The notes under the pieces are model-generated. The model was not told where the DNA came from, made no database searches, and saw only the letters and a list, made by a program, of their open reading frames with translations. The position numbers were made by a program, and so were the translations under genes. Positions 1-7,755 of a stretch of 64,000 bases of DNA are shown one piece after another. The stretch is from a virus (lineage: Duplodnaviria; Caudoviricetes), in the IMG/VR virus record IMGVR_UViG_2930438282_000001, positions 1-64,000 of that record. One strand, written 5' to 3'. How positions within the stretch are numbered: the first letter of the stretch is position 1; the number at the start of each line of letters is the position of its first letter.

Positions 1-45
1 GCGGGCAGGTTATCGGGCCTGATCTCGTCAGACATACGGGGCACC

Positions 46-67
46 TGTCAGTGGGCGCCGGTACTCT
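46..67 (+). promoter_or_regulatory. RecA-NDp/PafBC-like promoter motif TGTCAGTG-N8-TACTCT
   Basis: Matches the TGTCRGTG-N8-TANNNT consensus, 6 nt upstream of ATG 74 (leaderless arrangement). Confidence 0.55.
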
Positions 68-73
68 TATCTC

Positions 74-262
74 ATGCCCCCCGAAGCGTCTGGCTCTGGT
101 TCCGCGCGGTCTGCCGCGCAGTGGAACGAGGCCATCCGTAGCCTGCTCAGGCGCACGTGGGGGCGACCGCTCACGGACGAGGAGCGCGCGGAATACGAGG
201 TACTCGTCACTAAATGGGCGGCCGCAGTCCGCGCCGAGACGGACATCGTCGAAGCGGCCTGA
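74..262 (+). CDS. small hypothetical protein
   Basis: 62-aa helical ORF with a promoter motif immediately upstream. Confidence 0.7.
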   Translation: MPPEASGSGSARSAAQWNEAIRSLLRRTWGRPLTDEERAEYEVLVTKWAAAVRAETDIVEAA

Positions 263-287
263 GAGAACCCATCCTGCGAGGGAGCGT

Positions 288-695
288 TCAGCAGCCCGGT
301 GTCCACCGGTGCGGGTCTGCGCATTGTGCGGCCCGAGCGGCAGCATCTGACATGGCCTGAGAGTCTGCCCGGGCGGCGATCTGATCCTTCAGCGTCTGCG
401 CTTGCGCTCGGGTGCTGGCGTTGAAGCATCCGGGGTTCTGCAGAACCAGGTTGGCGAGCGTGGCTCCACGCTCGTCCTTTACAGCCTGAGTCTCATTGCC
501 CGGTGCAGTCACGATCTCGTCGTTCAGTTTCTTGCTGGCCGCATTGACGTTGTCACACAGCGCGCCGCCCTGAGAGTCCTCGGGGTTCGTCATGCGGCCA
601 ATGAGGAAGCTACCGCCCGCGATGATCGCGACGACGACGGTGGCGGCAAGGATGCGGGTGCGGCGGCGTCTCTCGGCCTCGGATTGCTGCGTCAT
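288..695 (-). CDS. membrane-anchored/secreted hypothetical protein
   Basis: RRRR followed by a hydrophobic N-terminal helix; four Cys. Confidence 0.75.
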   Translation of the reverse strand: MTQQSEAERRRRTRILAATVVVAIIAGGSFLIGRMTNPEDSQGGALCDNVNAASKKLNDEIVTAPGNETQAVKDERGATLANLVLQNPGCFNASTRAQAQTLKDQIAARADSQAMSDAAARAAQCADPHRWTPGC

Positions 696-857
696 CAGGT
701 CCCCCCTGAAGTGGCTGTAGCACGGTTGCGGGGACAGAATGACAGATCGCTACGCCTTGTTAGGCCAGCTGGCCACCGTCTTGCAGGTCTCAGTGTCGAC
801 GAGGCTGACGTGCGCCACTGAGCGGGGCTTCGTCACACCCCGCCTAGACTCGCCCTC

Positions 858-1316
858 ATGCCCGATCTGCCGCCCGACCCGGAACGCCTGCGGGTACTCC
901 TCGCCTGGCTGACCGAGCGGCGCGAGGAGAACGAGACCGTCGGGATCTGGCTGCGACTACAGCGGGACGCCGTAGAGCGGGCCCTCGACGAGGCCGAGGG
1001 CGGAACGGCCGCGGAGAAGCCCGCACTGCAGCCGGAACCGCAGCCGGAGCCCGCACCGGAGCGCCCCTCGCGCGGTATCCGGCCGCTGCACACGTTCACC
1101 CAGCGGGCCGGCGGCGGCAGCGGCGGGTCCAGCTTCCTGCTGGAGTATCGGGCGCAGGGCGTTGGGGAGCGGGTCATCGTCCACGCGGACGACTGTGACA
1201 GCGCCGGGGACGGGAAGCCGATCGGCGCGCACGACGCGCAGGCCGCCATCGTCGGCGGGGCAGCCGCGTGCGCGTTCTGCCAGCCGGACATCGAGCTGGG
1301 GATCACTAAGGACTAG
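858..1316 (+). CDS. DUF6233-like Zn-binding protein
   Basis: VHADDC...ACAFCQPDIELG C-terminal signature typical of this Streptomyces family. Confidence 0.8.
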   Translation: MPDLPPDPERLRVLLAWLTERREENETVGIWLRLQRDAVERALDEAEGGTAAEKPALQPEPQPEPAPERPSRGIRPLHTFTQRAGGGSGGSSFLLEYRAQGVGERVIVHADDCDSAGDGKPIGAHDAQAAIVGGAAACAFCQPDIELGITKD

Positions 1317-1797
1317 CGCGTCACCGGACGCTCACTCCGTGCTACAGTCCTGCCGTTCAGTCAGTTGAGCACCGCAGGAACTTCTACGCCCGGCACAGCC
1401 GAAGGCGATCCCGCGGACGATGGAACACACGACAGAGACAACGACAGCCAGGAAAGAGACAGCACGTGCATGGCCCACAAGCGGCCGGCGCGGGCGGCTC
1501 TTGCCTGCCCGGGCTCGGCCACCGGCCCGGAACACCGGGTTGGTATGGAACAACCCGGAAGGCAGCAAGGCATGTTGGAGCTCGGCATCGGCATCGCTAT
1601 CGGAGCCGCCGCCCTCAAGGTGACCCAGAAGGCGAAAAGGGCGATCAAGCGTCGACTGTACGTGGAGGTGGAGTTGATCCTCCAGGACAAGAGCAGCCCG
1701 CGGCGATAGCACGCACGAGCGCCCGCCTCGATGAGTACGAGGCGGGCGCCGGGGAGCGGGGGGAACGACTCGGCGGAATCGTCTTACCGTCACAGCA

Positions 1798-2042
1798 TGA
1801 GCATCCCGAAGACCATCTACAGCCAGTCTGAAGCCCGTCGGCTCCGATCCGTACCCTGTATCCACTGTCGGAAGATGAGCCGTGTCGACCGTCAACCGCT
1901 GCCGGAGCTCAGCGACAGTGTCGACCCCGATGTGTCCGTCCTCTGGTACTGCCCTGACGTTCTCTGTGCTGGGCACGATGGGTTCTCGATCGAGAGCCAG
2001 CAGGCTGACGTAGCGATGCCCCGCCCACTTTCCCTCGATTGA
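1798..2042 (+). CDS. small Zn-ribbon hypothetical protein
   Basis: CIHC...CPDVLC motifs; start uncertain. Confidence 0.4.
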
Positions 2043-2147
2043 TGACACAACAACCTAGCCGTCCCGGATGCGCGTGGACATGCAGATGGACCCGGCCCGA
2101 GGTCAAATAGAAGAGAGGCATCCCTGCACTCTGGGAGGCGAGACATC

Positions 2148-2591
2148 GTGACTAGCTCGCCACAGGTGGCGGAGCACCAGGACACCTGCCAAGCGTGCAA
2201 GCATCTGATGCCCCACCGGGGTACCTGTGCGTGTGGCTGGCAGCGGGGCAAAGCGACTTCGCCAACATGGGCGTCCGATGGAACCTACTTCTACCGCGAC
2301 GAAGAGATGAGCGGGAAGCGGCTCCTTGGTGGGCTGTGCGCGACGATCGGAGGGCTTGTCCTCTTCTTGTTCGGCGCGTTCACAGCTGGAGGAGGCCTTA
2401 TCTTCTTTGGGCTCCTCTGTCTGGCCGCAGGCCTTACGACCTTGACCCTGACCCGATGGGGTCGACTCTGGGACGGACTCCAATCCGACGAACGGATGTT
2501 GGCGTGGCCAGGCCTCCTTCTGGGATGGATTCCTGCGGCTGCTGTCATCGTTTGGATTGCCCTTATGGCGTGGGTCGGCAGCATGCTCTGA
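2148..2591 (+). CDS. hypothetical membrane protein
   Basis: About three hydrophobic helices, lower GC than flanks; start may be 2308. Confidence 0.6.
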   Translation: MTSSPQVAEHQDTCQACKHLMPHRGTCACGWQRGKATSPTWASDGTYFYRDEEMSGKRLLGGLCATIGGLVLFLFGAFTAGGGLIFFGLLCLAAGLTTLTLTRWGRLWDGLQSDERMLAWPGLLLGWIPAAAVIVWIALMAWVGSML

Positions 2592-2654
2592 CCCAACAGC
2601 GAGCACAAAGAAGCGCACCGCTCCCCTGCTGGTTGGCAGAGAGGCGGGGGCATC

Positions 2655-2714
2655 ATGCTGGTTCGGGCGTGCGTGTTCTGCCGCCCGGACACAGAGCTGG
2701 GATACCTGGAGTGA
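2655..2714 (+). pseudogene. remnant C-terminus of a DUF6233-like gene
   Basis: Translates to MLVRACVFCRPDTELGYLE*, matching the tail of 858..1316. Confidence 0.6.
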
Positions 2715-2773
2715 TGCGTGGCGCAGCGAAGGGCCTCTGCCCGAAGGCAGTGGGACGCTTCGGAGTCACCGTG

Positions 2774-3142
2774 TCAGGACGTCCACTTCCCAAGGGCACG
2801 GAGAAGGACGATCACGGCGTCCTGTGCACCAGGGTCCTCCCCGACGAGACCCACGAGGTGCTCGTGCTGGGTCAGAGGACGTGGCGGCGCGTCGATCTCC
2901 TCTGCCGGAATCAACCCAGCGGCAGCGAGAACGTCAACGGTTCTACAGCCGAGCACTTTGGCGATAGGCACGCAGGATCGAACATCAGGAGTCGAGGTAC
3001 CCCGCACGAGCCGGGAGACGATGCTGTCGGCGAGCCCGACGTCGCGGGCGAACCGTGACTGCTCGCCGTACGCGTAAAAGTCGTACCCACAACGGGAGAC
3101 TTCAGCCGTGAGCCATGCAGGGAACGAAGTTTGCGGGGCCAT
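2774..3142 (-). CDS. XRE/Cro-C1-type HTH transcriptional regulator
   Basis: QSRFARDVGLADSIVSRLVRGTSTPD helix-turn-helix. Confidence 0.85.
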   Translation of the reverse strand: MAPQTSFPAWLTAEVSRCGYDFYAYGEQSRFARDVGLADSIVSRLVRGTSTPDVRSCVPIAKVLGCRTVDVLAAAGLIPAEEIDAPPRPLTQHEHLVGLVGEDPGAQDAVIVLLRALGKWTS

Positions 3143-3190
3143 GGCTGGACCGTACCGGTGAACCTTTTCTCCAGCGCAACAAACGGCGAA

Positions 3191-3230
3191 ATGCCCCCGC
3201 CTGCTGCCAGTTGGCAGAGGGCGGGGGCAT
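3191..3230 (-). terminator. hairpin terminator after the Ro60 gene
   Basis: ATGCCCCCGC...GCGGGGGCAT inverted repeat just past the stop codon. Confidence 0.7.
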
Positions 3231-3239
3231 CATGCTGGG

Positions 3240-4889
3240 CTACTTCTCCCAGGGCCAGCGCGCGTCACGCCCGCGCTCAAGGAGCGGGATCATGCGGAAC
3301 GCCTGATCGGTGAGGCCACCGAATGTGTGCCGGTTCTGGCCGCCGGACGGCGCGTGCCCTGCGGCGTATCCGGCGAGGTTCCAGGTGTACATGGGGACCG
3401 ACGCGGGGACCGACCGGGTCACCTCATGCGCGTCGTGACCCGCCTGTTCGTCGGTGACGATCACGACTCGGTCATGCCCCTGGAACTCCTGGCGCAGCGC
3501 AGCCGCAGTGTCGGTGCCGCCACCCAGGAACCAACCACCGTCCTTCCACCGGGCCACGGCCCGCAGCAATGACTCTCCTCGCTGCAACGGGAACGACTTC
3601 GTCTTCGCCCCAGGAGCGTCGCTCATGTAGAACCGGGCCGACGAGAAAGAGACGACGTCCGCGCCCTGGCAACGCTGCCCCAGCGCGACACCGAACAGAG
3701 CAGCAGCATCCCACCGCATGAGCGTGCCGTCCTTCGAGAAGACCGCCTCCATGGAGCTCGATGTATCGACCAGCACCAACGTGCGACCCGAAAGCGAAGG
3801 GATGTTACCGAGGGACGCGGTGAGTGCCTTCTCCAGGGCGTGGCCCCAGCGCAGCGATGGCGCCGCGCGGTAGGCCGAGTAGAACCGCATCGGCAGCTGC
3901 CGCGACTTGGCGACCTGCTCCGGATCGGCCAGGCGACGCGCCACCTGCTCGGCGGCCTCGTCCGACACTCCTGCCTCGTCGAAGTTCCGCAGGTTCCGGA
4001 GCAGCGCCATGTAGCCCATGGACGGGATGATCGCCTCCCACGCCGCCTTGTCCATCGGGCCCTGGAGCCAGCCAGCGAGCGCCTCCCACGTCATGCCGGC
4101 GTGCCGCAGGAAGTCCGCTGCGTCCGGCCGATTCAGCAGGCTGCGGCGCTTGTCGACGTCCCACTTCGCGATCTCGGCACGCGTGTGCAGCAGCTGCAGC
4201 GACTCGGGGATCGGCTTGTCCCGCTTGTGACGGCGGTCGATGGCGTGCTCGAACAAGTCGCCCTGCCACAGGGCCGACGGGGCCGGGTGCACGAGCTCGA
4301 CGACGTCGCCGAAGCGGAAGCCCTTGCTGTCCGTGTCGTACTTCAGCAGAGAGCGCTCGGTGTACAGCTCGCCCACGGCATCCTCAATCCCGCGCTTCAC
4401 GGGCTTCGGGATCCGGCGTCCGTACCGGGACGTCCAGTAGGCGAGCAGCTCGCCGGGCTCGTCCGGGCGTTGGAGCACAGAGGCGATCACTGCACGGTTC
4501 GACCATGTGGTGTTGCCCGGGATGTTCCAGTGGGTGTCGGTGGACGCCTTCTCCGCGTCCAGGCGCGCCTTGACGAACTCTGCCGCGCCAACGATCGCCG
4601 CCGTACGCAGGTTTCCTTCGCCGCGCAGCCAGCTGAGAAGTCCGGCGGTCCACGCCGGGTCGGTGAGGGCGAGCTTGCGGACGAGCGCTGCGTAGCGGTC
4701 GTCACGCTTGCCGGCCGTCTCGTAGAAGGTGTCGATGCCGACCATGTTGGTGACCGCGAGCAGGAACAACTCGCCCTTGGCGTCGCGGATGTAGCCAGTG
4801 CCGCCCTGGTGGGTGGCCGTGGTCTCGCCGGTCGTGGCGATCGGGGACTGGCCGGACGGCCGCGTGGAACGGGTGTTGAAGCGCGACAT
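3240..4889 (-). CDS. rsr: TROVE-domain Ro60-like RNA-binding protein with C-terminal vWA domain
   Basis: Helical TROVE region (ALLRNLRNF, SRQLPMRFYSAY), vWA MIDAS DTSSSM, GGGTD, VIVTDEQ; start set at MSRFNTR. Confidence 0.95.
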   Translation of the reverse strand: MSRFNTRSTRPSGQSPIATTGETTATHQGGTGYIRDAKGELFLLAVTNMVGIDTFYETAGKRDDRYAALVRKLALTDPAWTAGLLSWLRGEGNLRTAAIVGAAEFVKARLDAEKASTDTHWNIPGNTTWSNRAVIASVLQRPDEPGELLAYWTSRYGRRIPKPVKRGIEDAVGELYTERSLLKYDTDSKGFRFGDVVELVHPAPSALWQGDLFEHAIDRRHKRDKPIPESLQLLHTRAEIAKWDVDKRRSLLNRPDAADFLRHAGMTWEALAGWLQGPMDKAAWEAIIPSMGYMALLRNLRNFDEAGVSDEAAEQVARRLADPEQVAKSRQLPMRFYSAYRAAPSLRWGHALEKALTASLGNIPSLSGRTLVLVDTSSSMEAVFSKDGTLMRWDAAALFGVALGQRCQGADVVSFSSARFYMSDAPGAKTKSFPLQRGESLLRAVARWKDGGWFLGGGTDTAAALRQEFQGHDRVVIVTDEQAGHDAHEVTRSVPASVPMYTWNLAGYAAGHAPSGGQNRHTFGGLTDQAFRMIPLLERGRDARWPWEK

Positions 4890-4914
4890 GAAAAAGCCCC
4901 TCACTGTGGAGGGG
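4890..4914 (-). terminator. terminator-like hairpin between the Y RNAs and the rsr start, overlapping the RBS
   Basis: Minus strand reads CCCCTC-cacagt-GAGGGG-CTTTTTC-ATG. Confidence 0.5.
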
Positions 4915-4927
4915 AAGCGCAAACAGT

Positions 4928-5088
4928 GGGGCGCCCGAGATCAGAGTCGGCGGATGGGACAAGGCGCTCTAGGCCACTGAGCTACCGCGCCTCGGACCGT
5001 ACGGTCGTCACCAGCAGCGGACGGGATTCGAACCCGCGTCACCCTCTTATCAGGAGGAAGTACCACCTGCCTGCGCACCGGGCGCCCC
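4928..5088 (-). ncRNA. yrlA: YrlA-like Y RNA (tRNA mimic), unit 3 in transcription order
   Basis: Closing stem GGGGCGCCCG/CGGGCGCCCC; conserved GGTGCGCAGGC and GCCGACTCTGATCTC strands; T arm GGGTTCGAATCCC lies before D arm TAGCTCAGTGGCCTAGAGC; adjacent to rsr. Confidence 0.88.
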
Positions 5089-5097
5089 CGATGCTTG

Positions 5098-5171
5098 TGC
5101 CTCCCGAGATCAAGGTCGGCGTGCGGCGCTTTCACGCAAGAAGTAGCCGCGGCCTGCGCACCGGGAGGTGC
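5098..5171 (-). ncRNA. minimal Y RNA, Ro-binding stem only, unit 2
   Basis: Same GGTGCGCAGGC...TACTTC and GCCGACCTTGATCTC strands and a CCTCCCG/CGGGAGG closing stem, but only a short GAAA-loop hairpin in place of the tRNA domain. Confidence 0.75.
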
Positions 5172-5189
5172 AGAAGTCTGAAGTTGTGG

Positions 5190-5325
5190 GTCCAGAGATC
5201 AGAGGCGGCGACGGCTCGCAGACTGATGCTCTACCGATTGAGCTACCGGCCAACGTCGTTGGCCAGGCGGGACTTGAACCCGCAGCCCTCAGTTCCAGAA
5301 GGATCCGTTGCCTACGCACCTGGAC
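5190..5325 (-). ncRNA. yrlA: YrlA-like Y RNA (tRNA mimic), unit 1 in transcription order
   Basis: GTCCAG/CTGGAC closing stem; T arm GCGGGTTCAAGTCCCGC; closed acceptor-like stem CTGGCCAAC-gac-GTTGGCCGG; D arm TAGCTCAATCGGTAGAGC. Confidence 0.88.
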
Positions 5326-5331
5326 GAGTTC

Positions 5332-5359
5332 ACTGTATCGGCATAGCCGACACGCGCAA
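5332..5359 (-). promoter_or_regulatory. putative promoter of the Y RNA-rsr unit
   Basis: TTGCGC-N16-TACAGT; predicted start near 5325 coincides with the 5' end of the first Y RNA. Confidence 0.55.
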
Positions 5360-5365
5360 CGAGAA

Positions 5366-5394
5366 AACCCCGCCGCCCATTTGGGCGACGGGGT
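5366..5394 (-). terminator. terminator of the late/lysis operon
   Basis: ACCCCGTCGCCCA-aa-TGGGCGGCGGGGT followed by TTT on the minus strand. Confidence 0.7.
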
Positions 5395-5471
5395 CCTCTG
5401 ATCAGTCAGTTTCCTCATCCGAAGGCCAGTCCGGCTCCCGGAAGAGTCCTTGATATTGCACACCCTTGGGT

Positions 5472-6209
5472 TCAGCGGTGTCGTCCTGGGCGGCTGGCGC
5501 GGTGCCGGCCCCGGTGCGCGTTCTTTCCGGCACGGATCCTCCTACGAGCGAGCGCGGCGCTGCCGACAAGTGCCGCGGACTGTGGATCAGATGGCGCGCT
5601 GCCACCCGTTCCCGCGCTGTCCTTCCGGCAAATGAGAGCATCCGGATCGTACGGCGGGGCCTCGGGATGGTAGCCCGTGGGACAGGACGGCCCTTCCGGA
5701 CCCTGCTCGCCTGTGTCGCCCTTCGGGCCCTGCTCGCCCTGCGGACCCGCCGGACCTTGCGGGCCAGCAGGCCCTGCCGGTCCAGCGGCGCCGCTGGGCC
5801 CTGTCGATCCTGTAGGACCGGACGGGCCGGTGGCACCGTCCCTACCCGGCGTCCCCGTCGCCCCTGATGGCCCCGGCGATCCCGTCGGGCCAGCGGGGCC
5901 AGCAGGCCCTGGGATCGGCACCGGAACCTGCGCCCGCGCCGACAGCGATGGCACGGCGCGCGTCGGGTCCGGTGCGACGGGCGTTCCGCCTCGCGCCTTG
6001 ACCTGCAGGCGAAGCGCACGAACATCGCCAGCCAGGGTGGCGACAGCGTTGCCGCGCAGGTCGGCTTCGGTCGCCAGCTGGTCGGCGCGGTGAGACTCGC
6101 GGTCGATCCGCAGGAAGGCGAGGCCGATCGCGCCCCCGAGGAACAGCAGGGCTGCCACGATCCACAGCAGATGGCGGCCGCGATACAGGACGTTCTGGGT
6201 GCGCGTCAC
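5472..6209 (-). CDS. membrane-anchored collagen-like protein (lysis cassette)
   Basis: N-terminal TM, coiled coil and a long G-X-Y repeat. Confidence 0.88.
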   Translation of the reverse strand: MTRTQNVLYRGRHLLWIVAALLFLGGAIGLAFLRIDRESHRADQLATEADLRGNAVATLAGDVRALRLQVKARGGTPVAPDPTRAVPSLSARAQVPVPIPGPAGPAGPTGSPGPSGATGTPGRDGATGPSGPTGSTGPSGAAGPAGPAGPQGPAGPQGEQGPKGDTGEQGPEGPSCPTGYHPEAPPYDPDALICRKDSAGTGGSAPSDPQSAALVGSAALARRRIRAGKNAHRGRHRASRPGRHR

Positions 6210-6493
6210 GGCGTACCCCCAAGCTGCTGCACGAGCGCCCGCAGTCGCGAGATCTCCGCCTCCAAGGCGTTCACCTTCGCTTCTGCGGCGTGCGCCCTCG
6301 CTTCAGCGGTCTTCTCGTCCATCTCCGCCTTGTCGCGTTCAGCGACCAGTCGGGCGGCCAGGTTGTCGTATCCGGTCAATGCGGTGCCCTCCCGGGCTGC
6401 CCTATTGGCGCCCCGGGAGCCGTAGATGGCGGCCACGGCGGCCACGGGCCCCGCGATCAGCGCGGACAAAGCCGTGACCATCCCGGCGTCCAT
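6206..6493 (-). CDS. small membrane/coiled-coil lysis-associated protein
   Basis: N-terminal TM plus coiled coil, directly after the holin. Confidence 0.8.
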   Translation of the reverse strand: MDAGMVTALSALIAGPVAAVAAIYGSRGANRAAREGTALTGYDNLAARLVAERDKAEMDEKTAEARAHAAEAKVNALEAEISRLRALVQQLGGTP

Positions 6494-6524
6494 CCCACCT
6501 CCCGGGCGCGCTCAATGGGCAGGA

Positions 6525-6845
6525 TCAGGCCCCGGGCTCGACGGCGTGCCGTGGTCCACCAGTCGACGTGGCCTGTTCGATCCCAGGAGCGATCCCGCTC
6601 GGCTTCCACACCGTGTGGTAGGCGATGCCGATCGCGACGGCCGCCACCAGGATGTTCGTGATGATCGGCTTCCCGTCGAACTGGCCGTTGAAGTACGCGG
6701 TCCCGAGACCGTCCAGTACCGCCACAACCAGCATGAGCAGGCCCTTCACGGCACCTGTCCATCTCGGCTGCGCCACGACAGCGATCGCGAGCGGCAGCAC
6801 GTAGCCGAGAGCCGCGGCCCACAGCTCGGAGTTCGTAGGTTCCAT
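6525..6845 (-). CDS. holin-like protein
   Basis: Three TM segments, AAGGAG RBS, downstream of the endolysin. Confidence 0.8.
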   Translation of the reverse strand: MEPTNSELWAAALGYVLPLAIAVVAQPRWTGAVKGLLMLVVAVLDGLGTAYFNGQFDGKPIITNILVAAVAIGIAYHTVWKPSGIAPGIEQATSTGGPRHAVEPGA

Positions 6846-6864
6846 GGTGCTCTCCTTGATCAGG

Positions 6865-7671
6865 TCAGGCGACGGCCAGGAAGCCGTGCCGAGTGCCGAG
6901 CCGGGACAGGGAAGCGATGCCGGGCAGCCCATCGGCCGCGGCGCCGCGGTACGAACCGCCGGCCTTGGATCGCTGCCAGGCGGAATACGCCGTGCGAGAC
7001 TTCGTACCGAGGCTGCCGTCCACCCAGCTCTTGGCCAGGAGCCCCTCGGCGTACAGGGCCTGCTCGACGAGCAGCGCCTCTGCCTTGTACGTGACGTGGC
7101 CCTGCGGGCCAGCGGCGTCCTTCTTCATCGCCGCAACCATGTGTGCGACCGACACGGTCCGGTGCGCGGCCGGCGGGCTGACCAGCTTGGTAGCGGCGGC
7201 CATGATGTCCGCCCGCTGAGCCTTCCGCAGATCGCCTGGGCATCCCGGGTGGTTGCCCCAGGCTGCGCCGCCGACACCGTGGTACGTCAGCCCGTGCTTG
7301 GTGGTGGAGTCGACCACGACCAGCGGCCACGCCCACTCGGCGTGCCCCCACGCGTAGATCTTCGCTACTCCCTTGATCTGCGCGTCGGTCAGGGGCTCGC
7401 TGGGCTGTCCCTCTGTTTCGACGCTGGCGTAGTACGGGTTCCCGGAGCCCTGTGCCCAGGCGTAGTCGGTGCCGGTGTTGACGTACTGCTCGATGACGCC
7501 GGCCTTCGACACCCAGAAGTCTGAGCTGGCCTGGGACGCGGCCTGGTTGAACCAGCCGAAGGGGCTGTTGTTCCCGGCCTGGACGTGGAGGGCCACGCCG
7601 CGGTGCTCGCGCACGCCCTTGGGGTGGAAGTTGACGACGGGGCGCCAAGTGGCGCCAGGCATTCGAGCCAT
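6865..7671 (-). CDS. endolysin, N-acetylmuramoyl-L-alanine amidase with C-terminal PG-binding domain
   Basis: ALHVQ, AWAQ, SVETEG, H...CPG amidase_2 motifs; VDG.LG...TAY..WQ and ADGLPG PG-binding motif. Confidence 0.9.
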   Translation of the reverse strand: MARMPGATWRPVVNFHPKGVREHRGVALHVQAGNNSPFGWFNQAASQASSDFWVSKAGVIEQYVNTGTDYAWAQGSGNPYYASVETEGQPSEPLTDAQIKGVAKIYAWGHAEWAWPLVVVDSTTKHGLTYHGVGGAAWGNHPGCPGDLRKAQRADIMAAATKLVSPPAAHRTVSVAHMVAAMKKDAAGPQGHVTYKAEALLVEQALYAEGLLAKSWVDGSLGTKSRTAYSAWQRSKAGGSYRGAAADGLPGIASLSRLGTRHGFLAVA

Positions 7672-7755
7672 GGTGAGGGTCCTCTCGCTCAGTGCCCGGG
7701 CGAACCAGGGCATGAGAAAGCCCCCGACGCGGCGGGGGCGGAGATGAGATGGCGG

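Noticed and set aside
1365-1709. ORF containing LELGIG as a second DUF6233 piece
   Set aside because: Only a six-residue resemblance with no Cys/His motif; coding status unclear
4960-5290. Canonical tRNA genes suggested by GTTCRA and TAGCTCA motifs
   Set aside because: The T arm precedes the D arm in each unit and there is no anticodon arm or CCA end, which fits Y RNAs
4928-5325. CRISPR-like array
   Set aside because: The repeats are paired halves of structured RNAs with irregular spacing, and no cas genes are present
5660-5920. DNA tandem repeat
   Set aside because: Explained by collagen G-X-Y coding
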